A stretch of DNA of 61,215 nucleotides, filler included, from Sphacelaria rigidula (lineage: Eukaryota): NCBI GenBank assembly GCA_964200075.2. It is 10 parts of 10 records of this genome, joined end to end, with 100 filler letters (N's around TTAATTAATTAA, not from the genome) between each part and the next. Parts side by side here need not be neighbours in the genome. Positions count along the whole stretch, not along the records: positions 49,055 to 55,085 come from CAXNAA020022686.1; positions 55,186 to 61,215 come from CAXNAA020022687.1; 8 more parts are not named here. The stretch is one strand, 5' to 3'. This document shows positions 50,581 through 61,215 of this stretch, in pieces. The position numbers were made by a program, and so were the translations under genes. Positions within the stretch are counted from its first letter, which is position 1. Each line of letters opens with the position of its first letter. The notes beneath the pieces were generated by a model. That model had not been told where the DNA came from, made no database searches, and was given only the letters and a program-made list of their open reading frames with translations.

Positions 50581-53147
50581 GAATCATATTCCCAGTCATG
50601 TACTTCGGCAACTCACGCTGCCATGCTTTCCACAGCGATACACATATACCACGGAGACAGAGCCCAACGCAACGGGAGTCTAACCCCTGATCTGTTCACA
50701 CTACAGGGTACAAAGGGACAAAGGCATCACATGGCCGAGGCGGTGTCGTTGTGAGTCGATAATAATATGAGTCTTTGGAAAGCGAAACCCGCGTTCTACA
50801 CTCACGGTCTAAGAACTCGGAGCCAGTCTTGATCAGGATTCCACGATGATTAAACGTCCACAGTTAGTTTCTCACGGTGGAAGCCGGAGGAGCTGTCGCA
50901 CATCACCAATGCGCCGTTTCAACGTGTCGGCGAGATGACGGGATACAAACGAACATCCCTCACCGCGTGTCTCAGACCTCATCACAGGAGCAACGCGGAA
51001 CGGCCCTCGCCCCATCCCGACGACAGCAACGTGGTTCACGCGTACTCAGATGGGGTCACCATCATGAGCCGGTCACAACGGGAGATTTTCTGAAATTGGT
51101 CTGAACAAAAACAATGAGTCAACTCAGAAGCAGTATCTTCCCATAAAACCCGAGTTCACATTAACCATTTCCCGGGATTTTTACTTTTCCGTTTTCCCAA
51201 AGGGTATCAATTAAAGCAAATTTCTTGGCGTACCAATCGCCCCTTTCTTCACCCCGACGTATGCGCTTCCTCACATACATACTCTTTGGGGGAGTGGGGG
51301 GGGGTGGAGAAAGCCACGGAAGTAGTTTCTGGAAGGCCGGCACTGATTGAGGTGGTCCTTATGAACATCGATTGTCACGATTTCAAATCAACAGAGGAGA
51401 AAGCACTGCGTTTGGGTTGAACCACATTATTTTATTAACGGTTTTTTCAAATACGCCGTTTCACAGAAGAAAAGGCAGTGATGTTGGAATACGGCGGCGG
51501 ATTCACGAAAATAATGGTGCCCGTCACAGCATCAGATGAAAGTTGGCGTCTATAGCCATCATTAGATAGATGTAGATTTATCGGAGTGGGACCCTACGCA
51601 GAATACAGCAGAGGGCGGGAAAACAGGGTGTTCGGATACATACGAAAGCCGCAGAAACGACAAATAACCGGGACCAACCAGTGGACGCCAACCACAGGTG
51701 GAAAGTTCGAATTCCTCGACTGGGAGCGCGGATACTCTCAAGGGTGCCAATGGTGCCCCCGCGGTAATAGACATGCCCACCGGGGAAGAAACCTTCGTCA
51801 CGAGGACATACTAATAATGGCTTTTATGAAGGACAAATCATCCACGCACAGGGGCGGTCGAGAGATACGGACTGGCCACCTGTGACGGCAACGAGAACCG
51901 GTTTCTTGGGGGTAAGGTTCATATCCAAGGGCGTCGCATCCACCAACCGGGTGGCCAACACTGACACCAAATATCGGGCGCCCTTTTCATTTGCAACACC
52001 CCGACTGTAGCCTGCATGCCCACCTGTTCCCCGGCCTGGGCCGGCCATCAGGACAAAATAAGGCTCGCCACACACAATCTGTCACCGACTGGTACCGAGA
52101 TAGCCCCCTTCCACAATCAGCCCAAAACCGCCACCGGAAACAATGCCCGCACAGCGCATGATGTTTGGCGTCAGGGCCAATGAAGCGCCTTAGATGAGCG
52201 ACATGCGCGAAGACGAACCCAAGCGTTGATATTCCACACTGCACGGCTTTTTTTATTTCGAGATACGTGTGAATGTTTACTCCGAAAACCATCCACTTTT
52301 TGTGGGGGGGCTACCTCGCCACAAAGAAAAGCTGCATCTAATTTTGCCCCAGACATGAAGGTGATTCATGAACTGTGCCCTCATCGAGGCTCGGGGAGAG
52401 GAGCAGAGCCTGACTATGGACACCGAGAGTTGACAACATCGAGCTATTCATTATTCATGAAATTATGACATTCACTATTATAGATGATTACGCCGCCGTA
52501 CACATGTCATAGTCTCAATTCACACATGACTCCCGACTTTTCCGTAATCCAACAGAGGTCACGGAGAAGCTGGCGAAACTGGAGACCTCTCTCACAGCAG
52601 ACGGGGCGATACTAGCGGCTACTGTATTCGACTTCTTGTCCTTCAAGGAAGCCAGATTGAAAGGTCGCCATGCTCACCACCACGAGGCCACATCCAAGGT
52701 GAGAACGTATTTCACTTGTTCTACCACCGGTGATGTATATACACAAAAAAATAATAGTCCTTCATCGAAATCAAGGGAATCACTTCGCAGTGGTAATTGA
52801 GCCCGAAACATTGCCCGACAATAGTCATTTACAAACTGTCTGACCTCAACTTTCCACTCGCTTAAAAAAAAACTAGCAGCGTTGTCGATATTAATCGCGG
52901 TTTGCGTGAGAAGGAGAGACGAAATACAATTGAGAACGAAAGCGGTCAGGTTGTGGATGAATCGGTTCAGTTCCGACAAGCCCATCCACGAGGCCAGGAA
53001 TGCCTCCTCTAATTACTCGACACTACTGAAACTCTGAGATCCCTCAGCAGGGTATAGAGGTGAAGCTGTAAAAATACGACCGCGATGCGGGGGGGAACCT
53101 GAAAGTGCAGGACACTTCATTCGGCACAACATGATATATTACAGTCT

Positions 53148-53782
53148 CAGTGTGACAGTACGACACATTACAAAGTCAGTACTGCGAGAGCAGTGAGCTG
53201 TGACGGTTTAAGAGACTACCAACTAGACTACTGATCATCAGTAAGCGCTGACTTGGTCAGTAGTCTAGTTGGTTGTCTCTCAAACCGTCACAAAAGTTAA
53301 TCGCCGGTTCGATTCCCGTCGGACGCACTTTCTTTGAAGAAAAAAGAGGAAAGAAAACCTCTGGTATGAAATTGATCCCGAGGAGAGAAAACCTCAGTAA
53401 AAAAATTGGCCCAAAAAGAAAAAGGGTGGGGTATAGCCTGGTGGCTACGTTTGGAGATGACTGCTAGGGACCCCAGTGCACACACTTTGGAAATGAGTGG
53501 GGGAGACGAGTAACTCAAGGATACGGTGAGAAGGGACTACATTAGAGGCTCATGATGGCAGTCGACAGAGCGCTGGCAACGAGAGTCGCCCTCCTCGGAG
53601 TGAAAGTGACGGGGATTGGACCCCCACGACCAACTTTTGTGACGGTTTAAGAGATTACCAACTAGACTACCGATCAGTCAGCGCTGACTTGGTCAGTAGT
53701 CTAGTTGGTTGTCTCTTGAACCGTCACAGAATGAACACTGCGCGAGCGGAGTTGGGTTGTACAGCAGTCTTACATCACACTG
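53148..53782. mobile_element. Inverted-repeat element with two ~92-bp palindromes made of tRNA-like Pol III heads
   Basis: Ends cagtgtga / tcacactg; palindromes 53199-53292 and 53638-53728; A box TAGTCTAGTTGG and B box GGTTCGATTCC (53306-53316), with a degenerate mirror at ~53608-53625. Confidence 0.65.
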
Positions 53783-55085
53783 CAAGTACAGCGACAACAG
53801 ACTAGGAGAGTACAGCAACGTTCGTCATGATGATACAGCAGTGCAGTACAGTTCAAAATACAACCATTTCCGCAGAGACACGCTGCCAAAACTCATTGTC
53901 CTTTTGTAAAAACCCCGTGCGAAGCTGTTTGAGCAGCTGACACGGATGTGTCCGCCCTAGGCTGCCGTGAGACCGGCTTCCGCCGCGTTCGCCAAAATAT
54001 CCAACTCTTCGTACTCTCATAACCCTAACCCGATGACTTTTAGTCGAACCTGAGTTTTTCAACCGTTGGGGAACTGTACCCCCAGGCAGTGCTGATTTTT
54101 GTTTTTGTGAATCGGCATCATTTTCAGTCATTGTAACGGTTCTGACTCTAACTGTGTAACCCCGGCCAGGACAACGGTTCTGGATGGCCATCTCACGTCA
54201 CTCCACCGGTCAATCTATTGTGGCATTTACATAGTTCGAAGTACGTATCCAGGGCCCACGAACATGAGATGGCAGAGTTCAACCACATGGTCAACTCTTG
54301 GTCCCGCAGTGAACAGAAGGTGAATGAGAACCAAGATAGTATACAGTGCAGGTCAACGATCCACGACTCACAGATGAGAGTAACGTGCCCATAGTACAGA
54401 GCCCATGAATTCAAAATTTTCCACCTCTATGAATCCTGGAATCCTGCACGAACCCGCAGGTGACCAACAGGTGAGGGGCGGTCATCTGGAACGACTAGCG
54501 CAGGGGACGCTTGCACATGCCTGCCCTGCACACCTGAGTTTATTAAGCAGAAGTTGTCGGTATACATGTGGGGGTTCTCGACGAACTGTGCGCGCTAGTC
54601 GTCTTATCCCATGACTTTTAGTCGAACCTGAGTTTATTTGTCCTAACCGTGGGAGGTTTGGCAGAGGTGATCCACCAAGGCCACCGGAGAACACGATATA
54701 CGTAATGTGCTGTGCCGAGTCTGCACATTGCCGCGACTGAATGAAAAAAGAACCGAGAAGCGTTTCCTCGTCATGGACCATGTTATATATACAACACATA
54801 ACCTCACATGTCAGAACGGAACCTCGCTTGGTTCTCGTTCCCCCGATCTGTCTGCAGATTTGGAGAAAGCGAGATGACATAGCGGAATAGAAAGAGTACG
54901 TCACGGCACCCGCCTTGACATACGGTTCCTAAAATAAGGAACCACTGCCCCAATCAATCCTATACGACGATCATCACGAGCCAATGCACTGACACGTATG
55001 AGACCGTCAACAAACAAACAGCCGATTTTATTTTTTGGGGTTCATACAAAATATGAGGCTGAAGTGGCATATCTCTCTTGCACGG

Positions 55086-55185
55086 NNNNNNNNNNNNNNN
55101 NNNNNNNNNNNNNNNNNNNNNNNNNNNNNTTAATTAATTAANNNNNNNNNNNNNNNNNNNNNNNNNNNNNNNNNNNNNNNNNNNN
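55086..55185. other. Artificial contig linker
   Basis: N44-TTAATTAATTAA-N44. Confidence 0.98.
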
Positions 55186-58100
55186 CGAAACAGTGAAATT
55201 TCGTAATCGTTGACCGAAGTTTTGTTGTTTGCCTAGTTCAGTGATCAACCTGCACTGTAGAGTTAAGCAAATGCTGACAACACGGAGACTGCCGTTTACT
55301 TGTATCATGGTGCTTCCAACCGGGACTATTGTGTTCGATCATATCATCTGCGGTGCTGCTCAAGCCAGGAGAGGTAAAATGTTCAGGAAGATGTACACTG
55401 AGATATTCATTTTTCTTATTAATAAAGAGAACAAAACGAATAATCAGCCATCATGATGCGCACTGGGTGATGCGCGCTGGGAGCGACGCGCTCGTGCTCA
55501 CGCTCACGACGGCACAAAGGTAATCAAGCGACGGAGACCGCGATAATAGTGGTTCCCACCGCGCTTGGGGTGAAGTGAAGAAACGCAATCAGTCGAATAA
55601 AAAGTAGTCAATGTACTCTTGACCATGACAGGTACCCCTCAAAAATAACTGCGAGATACAATGCTGCTCAGGCGAAGATTCAATTCTGCCGTGTACTCAC
55701 GGAATGAGTGAAGCGTGATTTTTTGCCTCAAGCAACAGCGGGCAGGAGCTATGCTTCCATCATGAAACGCGTGCAGAACTCCACATGCCATAACATCAAT
55801 TAACGAGATTATCTTCCCAGAATCATAGATCGAACAACGCACAATAATAGAGCAAGAGGAATGATAGCCTGAACCGAAAGCCACAAAATATGCACTTGCG
55901 AAAAAGATGCTTCAAGATAAGACAGCTGCTCAGGCGGGAATTTACGTTTGTCATGCGTACTGCTGTAATAAGTAGAGCTGGTAAATGCGCCGCCCATGAC
56001 GCGCGTCAGTGGGCACATACCCACATAAATAACAGTATGATTTCGGGATATTGTATGTCTACTGAGACTCAATCGAAGAAAGAAAATATGAAGTGATACA
56101 TGAGCTGAGATTATTACGAGATGAACCTCAAGACTGAGGCCCATTCGGGTGTGCTCGCGCCGCTTGAAGATGCGTGTCTACAACGTTAGCGAAGCGATAT
56201 TGCTCACAGCGTGACTGGGAAGGGAGGTGCAGTTATTACCGCCACGCTTTATGCACGTATCTTGAGGCAGATGAAACGGATGCGCGCTCAAAACAACGAT
56301 ACGGTAGCACGGAAGGCGGCACGAAAATGAGATTTTGTCAAGAAGAGTTGATATCAGCGCCGCACCCGCTCCAGGCTTACTACACAACCTGCGCGTAGGT
56401 GGCTATGAGCGAGTCCTGTGCGCGATGCATTTAGGTAAAGTAAAGCGTCGTGCCGCCCACGCAGTTCGATTCGATGCCCTTACAAGTTCAGAATCAGAAT
56501 CTTCAGCTATTCTTGATTGAGCAGGAAGCGCGGAGTTGATGTCGGAAGGCATGAGTCTCTCCACGTTGTATCCGTTAAATGCACTATGCCCCACATGATT
56601 ACCGTCCGCTATAATATGCGATACTGGCACATGGAGTCGGTGTTAGATCAAATGTTGCCAGAAATTATTGGCACCGCCCGTTGTCTCCCTTAAATGCAAC
56701 ACAGTCGCGCGCACGATTTTGATGCGTGATACAGCTGGCAGGAACAACGTGGCGCTGGCTATACCCATTAACAAGAAGTTGTATTGTGGTACGTAAACGC
56801 CGCACCGGTCAAATGACTCATGCATCGCCGAATTCTTGTCCGTTAATGCGCGACACTGGCCCACGCGGGTCGGTATTACCTCGAACGTCATCAGATTTTA
56901 GTGGCAGCGATGGGGCGGAAAACGGAAGCAATCAGGGGGGTATTCATAGCAAGCAACTGCTGATGTGAGCTGTTGATTGGGAGTAATGAACGCCGATTTG
57001 TGCGTTACACACCAAGCCGATGCTGCTGTTACACCCTCCAGTTTGTTTTTAGCGGAAAAACCGAGATGCCGCACCTCGCTTCATTCTTGGAGTGACACGA
57101 ATGCTACTCCGAGCATGAGCCGGATCCAGTGGTTTGTATTGTTCAGACAGGTAGTCCATGAGGATGCTTGGATCATGCTGCTGCACCGGTTGTCAAATCC
57201 ACCCCACCCAACAGCTACGGGGCGCTGGGTGATAGCCGCACGATGCAGCTTCTAGGAGCAACGTTATGTTTACTTTAGCCATCATGTTACGGTTATGGTG
57301 AGATACCAGTGAATCTGGGATAGCACTCGAACGAAACAGGGATCACGGGAAACAATGAAAAAAATGAGGGTATCTTCACCGGTACGGTTAAACTATTCCG
57401 AAATGAGGGGTGGTGATATCAAATTAATCCTTTCTGCAAACTGCACTGACTGTCGCAACTACAGTACAGTACAGGTGCCCAACGCACGGCACTAGAACGT
57501 TGTTCGTCTCACCGAATATGAGAGAGTCCACATACCTACGAAGTTTTCAACAGAAGTGCAGACATGACTGCGTGCGACTAAGATTGGTCGGTAGGGACGA
57601 ACACGAAGACAGTATCGCTGCTCATGCAATCCAAAACAGTGATCGCGATTCGTGAACGCAACGCAACAGAACGGACAGGAAAAGCTTCGACACCTGAGAG
57701 AGCTTGAAGGCTTTTGCTGAGACAGTAGGGAAACAAGATAATATGTTCCATGGGTTAGTCCTCAGGCTGATTGTGGAGGGGTCTTCAAATTGAAGCCAAC
57801 GCCAAGTAAACACTTCACTACAGCCGCGCTTCTTTACATTCACTTGGGCAGGAAGGTTGACATGAGAGGCGAGCTTCAAACGCTAATTTATTAAGCAGAT
57901 TCGGGCCCGGTACATACTCAGTATGCCGAGTTGTGTACACCAAACGGTCAGATCTCTGGAAATTTCCCCTACACTTGCATCTCGGCAAACTGACTATATA
58001 CGCAGGACCACACCCATGTCATCACAGGGTATTTAAGTGACTGAGCTGTATTGAAACGCACTGAAATGCAATACCGCTGCTTCTGTATTCTTGGATACCA

Positions 58101-59054
58101 TAACTGCTGTACACCCGAGCTGTGCTGTGTAACGCAGCTGCTCAGTTTTACTGTAGGCTCTGATTTCGCCGTGTGATGACACAACGCCATGCTTGCTTCT
58201 TAGCCGTGACAGGTCAAATCTTGTCGTGTAGACCTGATTGAGTAGAGTCACGGTGGATACTATGATTGCACGGCTCTTCACACTGCTTTGCTAAATAATT
58301 CCATGCAACAGCTGCTGTGTGCTTTCTGCTGTGTGATGCAGCTGAAAGGAGCAACTCAACACGATTTTGCAGTTTGATACAGCTGAAATGGAACCACGCT
58401 ATCCTGCTCCACATGTACTCAAGCTCGACAAGACCCGCCGGACGAACAAAATCGCTTCTGTTTCCGAACATTGGGTTGGGTGTCACCCTTCGGTTTTTCC
58501 ACATGCTACCGTTTTATTTATTTGTGATGCTGTTACAATATGGCTATATGGGATGGCGGTACTGACCGCTTTACGGCCTTCACCATCTCCTCGATGAAAT
58601 CGTTGACTTTGTACTCAGTCTAACAGTGCATGAGTAGGGTGCTTTCACTGTGGGAACGAAACTGTTCCGAATCACCATCGAATATCAAATATCAGACTAT
58701 GCATGCGGAAGAACCTCTGCCGTGGACTGTTTATTCGAGTCTATATACTGTGGGAAAACATGAGGTAGTGATGGCCGTGTCGCCTGAGTGAAACTACTGA
58801 ACGCGATATCAACCAGCAGATGGAAGTTAACGAACTGCCTGTGGAAGAAATACACAGGAGCTATCGAGATGTTGTCGGCTACAATTAGTACCGAGTACAT
58901 ACAGCATAATATATATACTTTTAGCGCTAACCACTTGCTAGAGTATCTCATGCATGACCACGTTCGCAACGGTGAAGGAATGTCGTTTTACTCTATTCTT
59001 TGCAAATTCACGAAACTGCTTGTGTGACCGTAATACCAGGCTGGTTGTACATAC

Positions 59055-59860
59055 ATGCTACAAGGCACGATACCATGTGAGCCGACTCGTCGGGAACGGA
59101 AATTGCGAAGCTTGAATCAACATGGGGTATTTACCCTACCCCGGTCAGGGGGGGAGCAGATCATTGATGCGTTAAATGTGTGTTATTGTCATGGAAATTG
59201 AATGTCACTTCAACGTGGTTCCCCGTGATTGATAGTTTTGCCCTTGGTGGATAGCTCCAAAGGGTATGGGCGAGTCATACATGCTTGAGAACTTCAGGGC
59301 TATGTGATGTCTGCCCCGATTTTTGAAGAAATCATACCCAATCATGTGCTTTGACTTTACTTCACGACTTTCAATACATGGGTGATTGTTTCCGTGTGCA
59401 CCTAATCACCGCACCTCGTACATGACCATGTGTACAACTGACAGATAATGACATCGTTAGGCTGACGTCCACTAATGCACGGAAATCTGTCTGTCTAACC
59501 GTAATATCATACTATGTGCATACGTGCCACCAGGCACGGTACCGATTAGCCGTGAACATAAATTGCGAGGCTTGAATGAACGAAACATGGAGGTATTCAC
59601 CCTACCCCCTGGTCAGGGGGGGCAAATCATTAATGCTCGAAATGCCATTTTGTCATGGAAAATGGATGAAATCTCTACGTGGTACCCCTGTTTGATCGTT
59701 TGCACCTTTGGTAGATATCTTCAGAGAGTATAAACGAGCCATGCATGCGTAAAACGAATGGAGAGTTATGTGAAGTTGTTTCGATTCTAAGAGATCAAAC
59801 GCAACCATGTACTTCTAGCTTACACTTCGACTGCGAATACGTGGGTGGGTGTTTCCAGGT
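59055..59860 (+). repeat. Diverged tandem duplication, period ~460 bp
   Basis: aaattgcga.gcttgaat at 59100 and 59560; accctacccc.ggtcagggggg, tgtcatggaaa and aatac.tgggtg shared. Confidence 0.7.
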
Positions 59861-61215
59861 GCTCTGTTGAACATACCATTATTTGATGAATATTACGCCC
59901 AGCGGTGGGTCACAGGACTGCATGAAGCCTGCGACAGTTACTCGTCAAAAATATTGTTGGTGCCCACCTGCCGATGTTTATGTAGCTACTCATGAGTGTG
60001 ACAATCAACCCAGACCCACAACGATTGAGCGGCTATGAGTGAAGCTGTATGCTAATGTATTTGCACGAGGCCATCAGACGGACACTACACCATCTCCCGT
60101 TGTCTATCTACTCTGCGTCTATCGGCAATCCAATTCCAACGCGGTTTGTCTATCCGTGCATGCTATGACTTCCATCAGACAAGGCTGCATTCGTCTGGGC
60201 AGGGCTTCTGGTCTTGAGGGACTACGGGTTCCACCCATTATTTTGCCGAAATATATCGAACAGAAACCGACCAGACGGTTGGCTGGTACTGAACAACGTA
60301 GGTAATAATTGTGGACATTATGCACTATGCTAGCATGGAGGCCCAACAACGTGCGAATAAATTGGGAAATGCGCGTGAGCCCGGAGTATGCGTGCGTTAT
60401 ACAATAGGCTCACCCACGAGCAGGCAGGAAATCACTACACACAGGGAGATGAAGGAGAACGAAGACCCAAGATAACAAGACCGTGTTTAGCCGAACAGGT
60501 TATAGGAGCCATATTTTCCCCCGCGTGCCCTTGCAGGTTAACAGGAGGCCGGAAATTGGAGGATTATTCCCCATGAAAAGGAAATCTGAGCCGAATGCCC
60601 ACACGAACCTGTCATGTGATCAAATTTGCTGCCATGTTCTCCTGTCTCCCTGTTCCACCCCTGTTCGTCTTCCCTCGGTGATGTCCACGTTCTCATCACG
60701 AGGAAAAATTGATGCTGTCAGCTTACCCCATCGTGTCTTCTCACCGTTGATGAGTTGAGAACGTTCCCAACCCCATTTCGCCAGGAACATTTAAGCAGGA
60801 GTAAGGTACTGCCTTAATAATATGAAGTACGCTTAACCGGTGTTATGATACTCATGGCATTTACGTACAGGTTATCGTTCCAGGTACAAGTACCGCATAG
60901 CCAACGCGAAAACCCGGCCAAATAATGAGCGGAAATCCTCTAAACCCGCAAGCTCAACCGTTCTACCCAGCTGGATCAGCTCAACAGTTTCAACAGCCTC
61001 CAGTGCAAGCCGCACCGCAGCAACAACCTGTCGTCCCTGTCCAATAACAACAGGACGCACCCTTCCACACGGCAGAAGGTTGCTGCATCTCCTCAGCAGC
61101 ATCAATCTTTTGTGCGTCCGCCATTGCAGCAGTTTTTCTGCACCACGACGATAACAGCAGTATTTTTGCACCTTTGCAAGAAAATGCCGCTGAAGCGCCG
61201 CAAATGAATTTGTTT

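Noticed and set aside
6033..55185. Regular ~6.13-kb periodicity and TTAATTAATTAA motif
   Set aside because: Artificial linkers joining size-sorted contigs; neighbouring contigs are not syntenic.
60872..61171. 99-aa minus ORF at the window end as a gene
   Set aside because: No recognisable domain or clear splice boundaries.

Overview
This window is not one continuous locus. It is ten unrelated ~6.03-kb contigs (6032, 6032, 6032, 6032, 6032, 6032, 6031, 6031, 6031 and 6030 bp, i.e. size-sorted) joined by 100-bp N44-TTAATTAATTAA-N44 linkers, so nothing can be inferred across linkers. The DNA is eukaryotic: it has spliceosomal introns, three Ty1/copia remnants, LINE 3' ends, tRNA-derived SINE heads and many MITEs. 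The repeat and gene style suggests a brown alga or other stramenopile, but that is inference. Supported gene fragments are an OSCA/TMEM63/TMC-type membrane protein (3 exons, one a 25-bp micro-exon), a NUDT6-like Nudix hydrolase (3 exons, last intron GC-AG) and a Tudor/Agenet-like protein with poly-Q (3 exons). The most unusual structures are: (i) a ~635-bp inverted-repeat element at 53148-53782 whose arms each hold a ~92-bp palindrome built from a tRNA-Asp-like Pol III head pointing inward; (ii) a group of CAC...GTG TIR elements with no visible TSD, one carrying a hierarchical AGCT minisatellite; (iii) a TGT...ACA MITE with telomere-like repeats inside a copia RT; (iv) copia units in tandem around a shared LTR with a half-tRNA(iMet)-type PBS. 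No CRISPR array or prokaryotic operon is supported.
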